The notes beneath the pieces are model-generated. The model saw only the letters and a program-made list of their open reading frames with translations. It was not told the DNA's origin and ran no database searches. The position numbers and the translations under genes were made by a program. A DNA stretch of 64,000 nucleotides from Actinomycetota bacterium (GTDB lineage Bacteria > Actinomycetota > Acidimicrobiia > IMCC26256 > JACDBD01): contig JBQTGU010000018.1 in assembly GCA_052390575.1 (NCBI GenBank), forward strand, positions 34,125 through 98,124, written 5' to 3'. How positions within the stretch are numbered: the stretch's first letter is position 1; every line of letters starts with the position of its first letter. Shown one piece after another: positions 8,140 through 16,003 of this stretch.

Positions 8140-9915
8140 CTACCACTCCACGCGTTCGGCGTGGTCGTCCCGCCACTTCCGGTCGCCGCTCCGCCAGGCG
8201 ATCGCCGGCTCCCGGGCCGACGGCTCCACCCGCAGCCCCGAGGCGCCCTCGGGCAGGCGAAAGCGCAGCGTCAGCTCGCGCCGCTCCCCCCGGGCGAGCT
8301 GGACGGTCGTGGCCACGACCCGGGCGGGCCCGTCGGGGCCGTCGGCCACCAGCTGCTCGGCCCCGTCCCAGCTCAGGTCGAACGCCGCCCCGGGGACGTC
8401 GATCGCGAGGATCCCGAGATAGACGCCTTCGGCCGCGCCGCTGCGGGGATGGGGCCCCACCACGTAGGCGGGCTCGCCGAACGGAGCCTCGTTGACGATC
8501 TCGAGGCCGACCGTGACCTCGGTGTCGGGGCCGGCGGTGTCGACGTCGATCGAGCCCGTGACCGCCATGAACTGGTCGAGCTTGTTCCCGCCGATGTTCA
8601 TCAGCGAGACCAGCAGTGAGTCCTCGTCGAGCTCGCCCGCGATCCCGGCCGCCTCCCACCCCCGCTGCTCGATGGGGTTCGCCGACCACGCCATGACGTG
8701 GCGGCCGCCACCCGCGGGGGCGAGCTCGTCGACCAGCGTCGGCGGCTCCCAGTCGCGGGTCTCGAACGCGTCGATGGCGGTCCGTGCCACCACACCGAGC
8801 TGGTCGCGTCGCGCGGACTGGTCGGCGTCCTGCAGGGGCGCGAGCCGGTATTGCTCGAGGAACACGTAGTGGAGGACGTTCTCGGCGTCGAGCGCGACGC
8901 CACCGGCGTCGATCGGTCCCTCGGCCGCGAGCAGGCCCTGCAGCGTGAGTGGGTCCACGACGATGACGCCGTCGACCGACTCGCCCGTGAGCGCCCGCCA
9001 CATCTCGACCGCCAGCGGCGCGGTGACGTCGAAGCGGGGCGTGGTCGCGAGCTGGCGGAGGTCCTCGGTGGGGCCCAGCCAACCCCAGCGGTCGGCGAAC
9101 TCGCCCGCGACCGGCACCGCCCCCGGCGGCAGGAGTAGGTCGCCGGTCGGGCGCATCTCGCCCAGCTGGAACGCGCCGTCCTGGACCGCGAGCACGCCCG
9201 CGCTCAGCCACATCCCCGATCCCGCCCGCATCTCGGCGTTGTTCGCCGCCAGCACCAGGTAGCGCCGGGGGCCGCGGAGGAACTCGGCGAAACCGGCGGC
9301 GGCCGCTTCGGAGTCGACGAGCGAAGCCTGCACCTCCTTGAGCCGGGCGGCGAAGTCGACACGGGCGTCGCCGACCGGCCCCACCAGGAAGAAGTCGGGG
9401 CCGAGGTCGACGTCCTCGAGGCGCCGCTGGGCGCGCGTCGTGATCCGGACGACCTCCTCCATGAGCGCGATCCGAGCCGCCCCCGCCTCGGGCCGTTCCT
9501 CGAACGCCCGCTCGGCGTCGCGCATCGCCTCCCGGCCGATCGCGACCACGGCGGCCGCCGCCTCGGTCTGGGCGTCGACCGAGCGCACCTGCTCACCTAC
9601 CAGCGGGACGAACTTCAGCGGCGCGAGGAACGGCGAGCCCGCCCGGTCCTCGGCCCGCTCGAACGCCTCCTCTGCCTCCCCGAGCGCGGCGCGGCCCTTG
9701 CCGCGCACTAGGTCGCCCGGCGACAGGTCCTCGCGGGCGTCCTCGAGCCGCTCGATGCCGGCGTCGATGTCGCGCTTCGCCTGGACGACGAGGACGGTCG
9801 AGACCACCAGCCACACGAACGCGACTCCGCCCAGCCCGAGGAGGGCGAGCCGCGCCCGCCGACCCCATGCCGATTGCTCGTAGGGGTCGTCGTGCTCGCC
9901 CATGACGACCGACAT
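8140..9915 (-). CDS. DUF4012 domain-containing membrane-anchored protein
   Basis: Trimmed to the ATG at 9915 (MSVVMGEHDD...). One N-terminal TM, a coiled N-terminal region, and the family-typical PRRYLVLAANNAEMRAGSGMWLSAG. The protein after the TM is predicted extracytoplasmic. Confidence 0.75.
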   Translation of the reverse strand: MSVVMGEHDDPYEQSAWGRRARLALLGLGGVAFVWLVVSTVLVVQAKRDIDAGIERLEDAREDLSPGDLVRGKGRAALGEAEEAFERAEDRAGSPFLAPLKFVPLVGEQVRSVDAQTEAAAAVVAIGREAMRDAERAFEERPEAGAARIALMEEVVRITTRAQRRLEDVDLGPDFFLVGPVGDARVDFAARLKEVQASLVDSEAAAAGFAEFLRGPRRYLVLAANNAEMRAGSGMWLSAGVLAVQDGAFQLGEMRPTGDLLLPPGAVPVAGEFADRWGWLGPTEDLRQLATTPRFDVTAPLAVEMWRALTGESVDGVIVVDPLTLQGLLAAEGPIDAGGVALDAENVLHYVFLEQYRLAPLQDADQSARRDQLGVVARTAIDAFETRDWEPPTLVDELAPAGGGRHVMAWSANPIEQRGWEAAGIAGELDEDSLLVSLMNIGGNKLDQFMAVTGSIDVDTAGPDTEVTVGLEIVNEAPFGEPAYVVGPHPRSGAAEGVYLGILAIDVPGAAFDLSWDGAEQLVADGPDGPARVVATTVQLARGERRELTLRFRLPEGASGLRVEPSAREPAIAWRSGDRKWRDDHAERVEW

Positions 9916-9978
9916 CGTTCGAGCGTAGGCGGGCGCGCTTCCCCGGCCGTGGCGCGACGCCGACGTAGCCTCGGCCCG

Positions 9979-10707
9979 ATGACGCAGACCGACGCGCCGG
10001 TGGACACCGAGGCGCCCCGCGTCACGCCCGCGCTCCTCCGGTGGGCCGACACCATGTGCGGCCGCCGGCTGGCCGGCGTGCATCACGACCGCCGCGGCAA
10101 CCGGCCCTCGGACGCGCGGTTCCGGGTGGCGAACCGTGTCTTCGACTCGGCCCGGCTCGCGCACACCGACGTCGCGGTCCCGTCGCTGGACGCCTTCCGG
10201 GCCGTGGACGGGCTCGAGCCCGAGGAGCAACGAATCTACGACGCCGCCGCCCGCTGGTACGTCACGCTGTTCGGCGAGCGCGCCGTCCGGGCGGTCGACC
10301 TGGACGACTGGGAGTCACCCGTCGCCGAGCTCGGCGTCCGGCTGGTCGGACCGGCCGGGCTCCCGGTGGAGGATGCCGACGGACACCGCGAGCTGCGGCT
10401 GCTCCGGGTCGGCGCCCGCCGCCCGGTCGCGGGCGACCCGCTCGAGTCGATCGAGGCACGGTTCGCACTCGAACGAGTGGCCGGGTGGGCCGGTGGCGGG
10501 TCACTGCGGCTGTGTGTGGCCGACCTGGTGCAGGGCGCGTTGATCGAGCGCGAGGTCGACGTCGACCGCGTGCTGGACGCCGACGTGCGACCGTGGCTCG
10601 CCCAGCGGGTCGCGGTGATCCGCGCGCGGGTCGCGGACGCGGCGCCCCAGCCCGGCCTCGAGTGCGCCCACTGCCGCTACGTCGCCGGCTGCGCCGCCCA
10701 TGCCTGA
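9979..10707 (+). CDS. PD-(D/E)XK (Cas4/RecB-like) family protein with a 4-Cys cluster; the catalytic motif looks degenerate
   Basis: Trimmed to the ATG at 9979. Cys pattern is C(TMCGRR)...C-x2-C-x5-C (ECAHCRYVAGC). ELRLLRVG sits where the paralog has DARDYKTG. There is an 8-nt overlap (ATGCCTGA) with the next gene. Confidence 0.55.
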   Translation: MTQTDAPVDTEAPRVTPALLRWADTMCGRRLAGVHHDRRGNRPSDARFRVANRVFDSARLAHTDVAVPSLDAFRAVDGLEPEEQRIYDAAARWYVTLFGERAVRAVDLDDWESPVAELGVRLVGPAGLPVEDADGHRELRLLRVGARRPVAGDPLESIEARFALERVAGWAGGGSLRLCVADLVQGALIEREVDVDRVLDADVRPWLAQRVAVIRARVADAAPQPGLECAHCRYVAGCAAHA

Positions 10708-11464
10708 CCGCCTGCTGGGCGACATCGTCCCGCTCAGCGCCTCGTCGCTCGACACGTGGCTGCGGTGCCGACGCGAGTTTCTCGCCGCCCAGCTGCTCGG
10801 TCTGCCCGAGAGCGACGCCGGTGGCTCCCCCGACCAGGGCCTGCTGGTCCACGACCTCCTGCGACACATCCATCAGCAGGGCTCGTGCCGCGATGCGGGG
10901 CACGTGGAGGGGGTATTGGCCGCGCACGGCCTCGACGGATCGAGTGCGGTGCGGGGTTTCGTCGACCGCCACGCCCGGCGCTGTCCCCCCGACGCCGCCG
11001 GCGAGCACGAGGTCGAGCGGGCCCGGTTCCACCGCCGGCCAGCACCGATGTTCATGGCCACCGGGCGCATCGACGCGGTCTGGCGCCATCGGGGCCTGCT
11101 CGACGCCCGCGACTACAAGACCGGCCGGTCGTTCACCGAGCGGGTCGCCGACGACCCGCGGGCGCGCCTCCAGGCGTGGCTGCTCGCGCCGCTCGCCCGG
11201 GACGAGGGGCTCCGCCTGCGGTTGCGCTACGAGTTCCTTTCCGCCGAGGTCACCGACGACCCCGAGCCCTTCGAACCCGACGGCGACGAGCTGGCCGCGA
11301 TCGAAGAGGAGCTGCGCGAGGTCGTCGCGGCGATGTGGGGCGAGGAGGCGTTCGCGGGCGTGGCCGACGCGGCCCTGTGCGGCCACTGCCGCTACCGCTC
11401 GATCTGCCCCGACAGCGCGTCGCCGGGCGAGCCCGCGTGGCCCGTGCCGCCCGAGGACGGGTAG
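10700..11464 (+). CDS. PD-(D/E)XK nuclease family protein, Cas4/AddB-like Fe-S type
   Basis: N-terminal SASSLDTWLRCRREF, then GRIDAVW...LLDARDYKTG (motifs II/III), and C-terminal LCGHCRYRSIC (C-x2-C-x5-C). Confidence 0.7.
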   Translation: MPDRLLGDIVPLSASSLDTWLRCRREFLAAQLLGLPESDAGGSPDQGLLVHDLLRHIHQQGSCRDAGHVEGVLAAHGLDGSSAVRGFVDRHARRCPPDAAGEHEVERARFHRRPAPMFMATGRIDAVWRHRGLLDARDYKTGRSFTERVADDPRARLQAWLLAPLARDEGLRLRLRYEFLSAEVTDDPEPFEPDGDELAAIEEELREVVAAMWGEEAFAGVADAALCGHCRYRSICPDSASPGEPAWPVPPEDG

Positions 11465-12984
11465 TGGCGGTCGACGGTCGTACCCCCGTCCTCGTCGGGG
11501 TCGGGCAGCGTTCGCAACCGGTCGAGGATCTGGCGGCCGCGCTCGAGCCGATCGACCTGCTCGCCGAGGCGGCGCGTGCTGCCGCCGACGACGCCGGGGC
11601 ACCGGGGTTGGCGGCGGCCGCCGACACCGTGGCCGTCGTCGACATCGTGTCGTGGAAGTACCCCGATCCCGGCGCCCTGCTCGCCCGGCGGCTCGGGCGG
11701 GAGGCGCCGGTGCACTCGGTCACGACGACGCTGGGAGGCAACTCGCCCCAGCTGCTCGTGAACGAGCTCGCTCCCGCCATCGCCGGCGGCGCCGCCGACG
11801 TCGTGCTGATCGGGGGCGCGGAGTCGATGTACACGCGCCTGCGAGCCCGACGGGAGCCCAAGACGTGGCTCGACTGGGCGCCGGCCGACGATCCGCCGTG
11901 CCCGCGGGTGCTGGGCGACGGCCGTCCCGGGACCAACGACTACGAGATGGCGCACCTGGCGGTCGCGCCGACGCTCATCTACCCGCTGCTCGAGACGGCG
12001 GTGCGGGCCGCCGCCGGGCGCAATGTCGAGGAGCACCAGCAGTACGTGAGCGAGCTGTGGTCGACGTTCGCAGCGGTGGCGGCCGCGAATCCCTTTGCGT
12101 GGTCACGCGACGCGTGGTCGCCGGAGGCGATCCGGGCGCCGTCGCCCGACAACCGCATGGTCACGTTCCCGTACACGAAGCGAATGTGCGCCAACATCGA
12201 GGTCGACCAGGCCGCGGCGGTGTTGCTGTGCGCGTACGAGGCCGCGCAGGCCGCGGGCGTGCCCGACGATCGTCTGGTGTTCCCCCTGGCGGGGGCCGAC
12301 GCCCACGACCACTTCTTCTTCTCGGAGCGGGCGTCGTTGGCGGAGTCACCCGCGATCGGGATCGCGGGGCGGGCGATGTTCGAGGCCGCCGGCCTTCGTC
12401 TCGACGACGTCGCCCGCTTCGACCTCTACTCCTGCTTCCCGTCGGCGGTGCAGATCGCAATGGGGGCGCTCGGATTGGCGGGGCCGCAGGGCGGGGATGA
12501 TCGGCCGTTGACCGTCACCGGCGGACTCGCGTTCGCGGGCGGGCCTGCCAACGACTACCCGACACATGCGATCGCGGCAATGGTCGAGGCGTGCCGGCGC
12601 GATCCCGGCTCGGTCGGAATGGTGAGCGCGCTGGGGTGGTACGTCACGAAGCACTCGTTGGGCCTGTACTCGACGAAGCCGAGCTCGGACGGGTTCGCGC
12701 GCGTCGATCCGGCCGAGACCCAGGCCCGGGTCGACGCGCTGCCGAGTCGGTCGGTGGCGGGTGCGTACGAGGGCGAGGCGATGATCGAGGCGACGTCGGT
12801 GGTGATCGAGCGGGACGGCTCGCCGTCGCTGGCGATCGTGTCGCTCCTCACGCCGTCGGGCGAGCGGGTGCTGGCGAACTCGCGTGACGTGGGCGTCATG
12901 GCCTCGATGACGGAGGAGGCGTGGGAGGGCCGCCCCGTGCGGGTTCGTACCGATGGCACCTCCAATCAGGTCGTGCCTCACTAG
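11464..12984 (+). CDS. Thiolase-superfamily protein lacking the nucleophilic Cys, with an OB-fold-like C-terminal extension
   Basis: GTG start overlapping the upstream TAG (TAGTG). Thiolase-like VLVGVGQ...GGAADVVLIGGAESM, but TTLGGNSP sits where thiolases have the C-x-S-G nucleophile. DLYSCFP is present. About 110 aa of DUF35-like tail. Confidence 0.65.
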   Translation: MAVDGRTPVLVGVGQRSQPVEDLAAALEPIDLLAEAARAAADDAGAPGLAAAADTVAVVDIVSWKYPDPGALLARRLGREAPVHSVTTTLGGNSPQLLVNELAPAIAGGAADVVLIGGAESMYTRLRARREPKTWLDWAPADDPPCPRVLGDGRPGTNDYEMAHLAVAPTLIYPLLETAVRAAAGRNVEEHQQYVSELWSTFAAVAAANPFAWSRDAWSPEAIRAPSPDNRMVTFPYTKRMCANIEVDQAAAVLLCAYEAAQAAGVPDDRLVFPLAGADAHDHFFFSERASLAESPAIGIAGRAMFEAAGLRLDDVARFDLYSCFPSAVQIAMGALGLAGPQGGDDRPLTVTGGLAFAGGPANDYPTHAIAAMVEACRRDPGSVGMVSALGWYVTKHSLGLYSTKPSSDGFARVDPAETQARVDALPSRSVAGAYEGEAMIEATSVVIERDGSPSLAIVSLLTPSGERVLANSRDVGVMASMTEEAWEGRPVRVRTDGTSNQVVPH

Positions 12985-13032
12985 CCACACCAGCCCCATC
13001 CTCCACAACATCAGACTACGAGAAAATATCCC

Positions 13033-13062
13033 TTGCATCTCTTTGTGCCGTTTGGTTAGAGT
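13033..13062 (+). promoter_or_regulatory. Putative sigma-70-type promoter (TTGCAT - 18 nt - TAGAGT) of the DUF222/HNH gene
   Basis: It lies in the only clearly AT-richer stretch between 12985 and 13094. The hexamers are at 13033..13038 and 13057..13062. RBS GGAAGGA is at 13084..13090, ahead of the ATG at 13095. Confidence 0.45.
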
Positions 13063-13078
13063 ACGAACGTACGTTCCC
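13063..13078 (+). promoter_or_regulatory. LexA/SOS-box-like palindrome aCGAAC-GTAC-GTTCcc
   Basis: The core GAAC-N4-GTTC (13065..13076) matches the actinobacterial SOS box TCGAAC-N4-GTTCGA. It lies immediately downstream of the putative -10. Confidence 0.45.
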
Positions 13079-13094
13079 TCCGGGAAGGAACGTG

Positions 13095-14234
13095 ATGGGG
13101 AACCTGCAATCGGCCATCGACGAGCACGCCGCTGAGGACCTCAGCACGGTCGCGGCGACGGAGATCGCCGACGACGCGCTCGAGCAGTTGCGCGAATCCG
13201 AGCGGCTGCACGCCCAGGCGCTCCGGCGCCTGGCGGTCGTGGACGCATCGGGTGTTTGGGCCGACGACGGGTCGCCGTCGAGCAAGGCGTAGCTGCGCCG
13301 CCACGGTCGGATGACTCCGGGCGCCGCGGCCGAGCGGGTGCGGATCGCCCGCCGCCTCGGCGACCAGCCCCGGACGCGCGACGCGTTCCAGGCGGGTGAC
13401 ATCGGATACGAGCACGTCCGCCAGGTCAGCCGAGTCCTTGCCGAGACGCGCGACCGCGTCGAGCCCGCGAAGTGGGACGAGGCAGAGGCGATGCTCGTCG
13501 ACGTGGCGCGCGAGCACGACCCTCGCTCCCTGCGCCGGGTCTGCGAGCACTTTCGGCATGCTGTCGACGCCGAAGGGTTCCACCAGTCTGAGACCGAGCG
13601 GTTCGACCGCCGGCGCTTCCACATGTCGCCGCTCATGGACGGCATGGAGGCCATCGACGGGCTGGCCGACGCCGAAGGGGCGGCTGTGCTGCGAACCGCG
13701 ATCGACGCGCTGTGCCGACCGGTTCCGGGCGACACGCGCCCACCCGCGCAGCAGCGCATCGACGCGCTCGTCGAGCTCGCTCGCCGCGAGCTCGACCGCG
13801 GCGACCTACCTGTTAGCGGGGGCGAGCGGCCTCATGTCGGAGTGACGGTCCCATTGGCGACGCTCGAAGCCCGCGTGGGTGCCCCCGCGGCCGAGCTGGA
13901 GTGGTCCGAGCAGCCCATCAGCGGCGAAGCGGCTCGGCGGCTGGCGTGCGATGCGCGTATCAGCCGCATCATCACCGACGGGAAGAGCGAACCGCTCGAC
14001 GTCGGTCGGGCCACCTGCACGATTCCGCCGGCGCTGCGCCGAGCGGTGATCGCCCGGGACAAGCACTGCACCGCACCGGGTTGCGATCGGCCGCCGGCGT
14101 GGTGCGACGTGCATCACGAGATCCACTGGATCGACGGCGGGCCGACCGCGCTCTGGAACCTGCGGCTCCTCTGCCGGCTGCACCACCACGACGAGCATCC
14201 GGAGCTCGAGGACGAGTGGCCGCGCGGCCCCTGA
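13095..14234 (+). pseudogene. DUF222 (13E12-repeat type) HNH endonuclease gene interrupted by an in-frame TAG
   Basis: Track ORFs 12921..13292 and 13311..14234 are in the same frame. The sequence reads ...DDGSPSSKA*LRRHGRMTPGAAAERVRIARRL, where family members have A-W-L, which is consistent with TGG to TAG at 13290..13292. The C-terminal HNH reads CTAPGCDRPPAWCDVHHEIHWIDGGPTALWNLRLLCRLHH. Confidence 0.75.
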
Positions 14235-14852
14235 CTAGGTGGTGTTCCCCCACTCGTCCCAGTACGTGATCTCCTCCACCGGGCGGCGCTTGGCGGGCTT
14301 GAAGTCCTCGCCCTGGTAGTAGGCGACCGGCAGCAGCGCCGCCTGGATGTACCCGTCGGGGATCCCGAGCAGCTCGGCTGCCTCGCGCTCGTGGGGCAGG
14401 TGGAGCGTGGTGAGGACGGTACCGAGGCCGCGGCTGCGCAACGCGAGCTGGAAGCTCCAGACCGCGGGGTAGATCGAGGCGTACACTCCGGCGTGGGCGG
14501 CGCCCTTCGTGTAGTCCTCGATGCACGGGATCACGTGGACCGGTACCTCGTGCAGGTGCTCGGCCAGCCAGATCGCCGACTCTGCCACCCGCGACTTGGG
14601 GGCGTCGTCGCCGGCACTGGCGATGTAGGGGCCGAACACCTCGCGGTACCAGTCGGCCAGGGCGGCGCGCTTGTCGGCGTCGGTCACGACCATCCAGCGC
14701 CAGCCCTGGCGGTTCGACCCCGTCGGCGCCTGGATGGCGAGCCGCAGGCACTCGACGACCACGTCGCGCGGGACCGGCCGGGTGAGGTCGAGGCGCTTGC
14801 GAACGGCGCGGGTCGTCGACAGGAGCTGGTTGACGCTTTCGCGGTCTATGAC
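14235..14852 (-). CDS. Nitroreductase family protein (start codon unresolved)
   Basis: The conserved part begins IDRESVNQLLSTTRAVRKRLDLTRPVPRDVVVECLRLAIQAPTGSNRQGWRWMVVTD. The long track ORF (to 15755) is an artefact. There is no ATG/GTG/TTG near the conserved N-terminus. Confidence 0.7.
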   Translation of the reverse strand, partial: VIDRESVNQLLSTTRAVRKRLDLTRPVPRDVVVECLRLAIQAPTGSNRQGWRWMVVTDADKRAALADWYREVFGPYIASAGDDAPKSRVAESAIWLAEHLHEVPVHVIPCIEDYTKGAAHAGVYASIYPAVWSFQLALRSRGLGTVLTTLHLPHEREAAELLGIPDGYIQAALLPVAYYQGEDFKPAKRRPVEEITYWDEWGNTT

Positions 14853-15073
14853 TCGTCCTTCGGCGTGAGGTCGACCCGCAGCGTCAGCACGCCGTCCTCG
14901 AACTCCCAGGTGGCGTCGCCGACGATGGCGAAGTCCTGGAAGTCGAGCTCGGCCTGATCGATGAAGCGCTGCCGCTCTTCCCCCGCCACCGGCGGGAGCG
15001 GCCGGTCCTTCACCGCCGCGGCGCGCTCGCGGAAGCGCTGCAACATCGCCTCGACGTCGAGCTGATCGGCCAC
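14846..15073 (-). CDS. Small hypothetical protein (75 aa)
   Basis: Complete ATG ORF with an acidic, non-repetitive sequence and typical third-position GC. It fits exactly between prmC and the nitroreductase. I recognised no family. Confidence 0.5.
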   Translation of the reverse strand: MADQLDVEAMLQRFRERAAAVKDRPLPPVAGEERQRFIDQAELDFQDFAIVGDATWEFEDGVLTLRVDLTPKDES

Positions 15074-15082
15074 GCGCGCACG

Positions 15083-16003
15083 TTACCCAAGCCCGGCGAC
15101 GAGTACCCGGTCTCGACCGGTGAGATCGGGACGAACGAGCGCTTCGGCGAACCCGGCGGCCCGGGCGCGCTCGAGCGCATCGTCCCGCTGATGCGGCGCC
15201 AGCTCGCAGACGAGCACGCCCCCGGGCTCGAGCCAGGCGGGCGCGCCGGCGACGATCAGCTCGATCGCCTCCAGGCCGGTCGGCCCGCTCACGAGCGCGT
15301 CCACCGGTTCGTACTCCCGGACCGCCGGCGCCAGCCCCGCGCGCTCCCTCTCCGCCACGTACGGCGGGTTCGTGACGACCATGCGCAGCCGGCCCCGGAG
15401 CTCGGGGGGCAGCGCGTCGAACCAGTCGCCCCGCGCGAGTCGCACCCGGACTGCGGGCTGCCCGACGCCGGCCAGGTTGGCCCGGGCCACCGCCAGCGCG
15501 TCGTCGCTCGCGTCGGTCGCCCAGATCTCGGCGTCCGGCAGCTCGGCGGCCAGCGCGAGCGCGAGCGCGCCGGAGCCGGTTCCGAGGTCGGCGATTGCGT
15601 ACGCGGTGACCGTCCCCGTCCACGGATTGGAGGTGCCACGACGAGCGCCGAGGCGCTGGGCCTCCTCGATCGCGACTTCGGCGGTGACCTCGGTCTCGGG
15701 CCGCGGGATCAGGACCCGCCGGTCGACCAACAGGTCGAGGCCGCGGAAGGACCACTCACCCAGGACGTACTGGAGCGGCTCACCGCCGGTGCGACGGTCG
15801 AGCATCACCCCGAGGTTCTCCGCGCCGCGCGTCGTCGCCGGCTCGGCCTCGTACGCCACCAGCTCGGCACCGTCGTAGCCCGAGACCCCCTCGACCATCC
15901 AGCGCGCCTCGCGGCCGGGGTCGGGCACACCCGCGCCGCGCAGCTCGCGCTCGGCGCGCGCCCGCAGGTCGCGCCAGGTCGTGCGCTCAGTCGTTGCCCG
16001 CAC
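15083..16003 (-). CDS. prmC: Release-factor glutamine N5-methyltransferase
   Basis: GTG at 16003 overlaps the prfA 3' end. Motifs: PLQYVLGEWSFRGLDLLVDRRVLIPRPETE, DLGTGSGALALA, and the catalytic TNPPYV. Confidence 0.85.
   Translation of the reverse strand: MRATTERTTWRDLRARAERELRGAGVPDPGREARWMVEGVSGYDGAELVAYEAEPATTRGAENLGVMLDRRTGGEPLQYVLGEWSFRGLDLLVDRRVLIPRPETEVTAEVAIEEAQRLGARRGTSNPWTGTVTAYAIADLGTGSGALALALAAELPDAEIWATDASDDALAVARANLAGVGQPAVRVRLARGDWFDALPPELRGRLRMVVTNPPYVAERERAGLAPAVREYEPVDALVSGPTGLEAIELIVAGAPAWLEPGGVLVCELAPHQRDDALERARAAGFAEALVRPDLTGRDRVLVAGLG

Noticed and set aside
13095-14234. The DUF222/HNH gene as part of an active mobile element, intron or intein.
   Set aside because: I found no flanking inverted or direct repeats, integrase or host-gene disruption. 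It is bounded tightly by the thiolase-like and nitroreductase genes and carries a premature stop.
14853-15755. Long N-terminal extensions on track ORFs, for example the nitroreductase to 15755, LLM to 22149, 2PGK to 27130, DUF1501 to 19235, PTP to 32868 and thiolase-like from 10756.
   Set aside because: The extensions are low-complexity Arg/Pro/Gly sequence overlapping well-supported neighbouring genes. Conserved N-termini and start-stop overlaps (ATGA and similar) indicate much shorter true CDSs.
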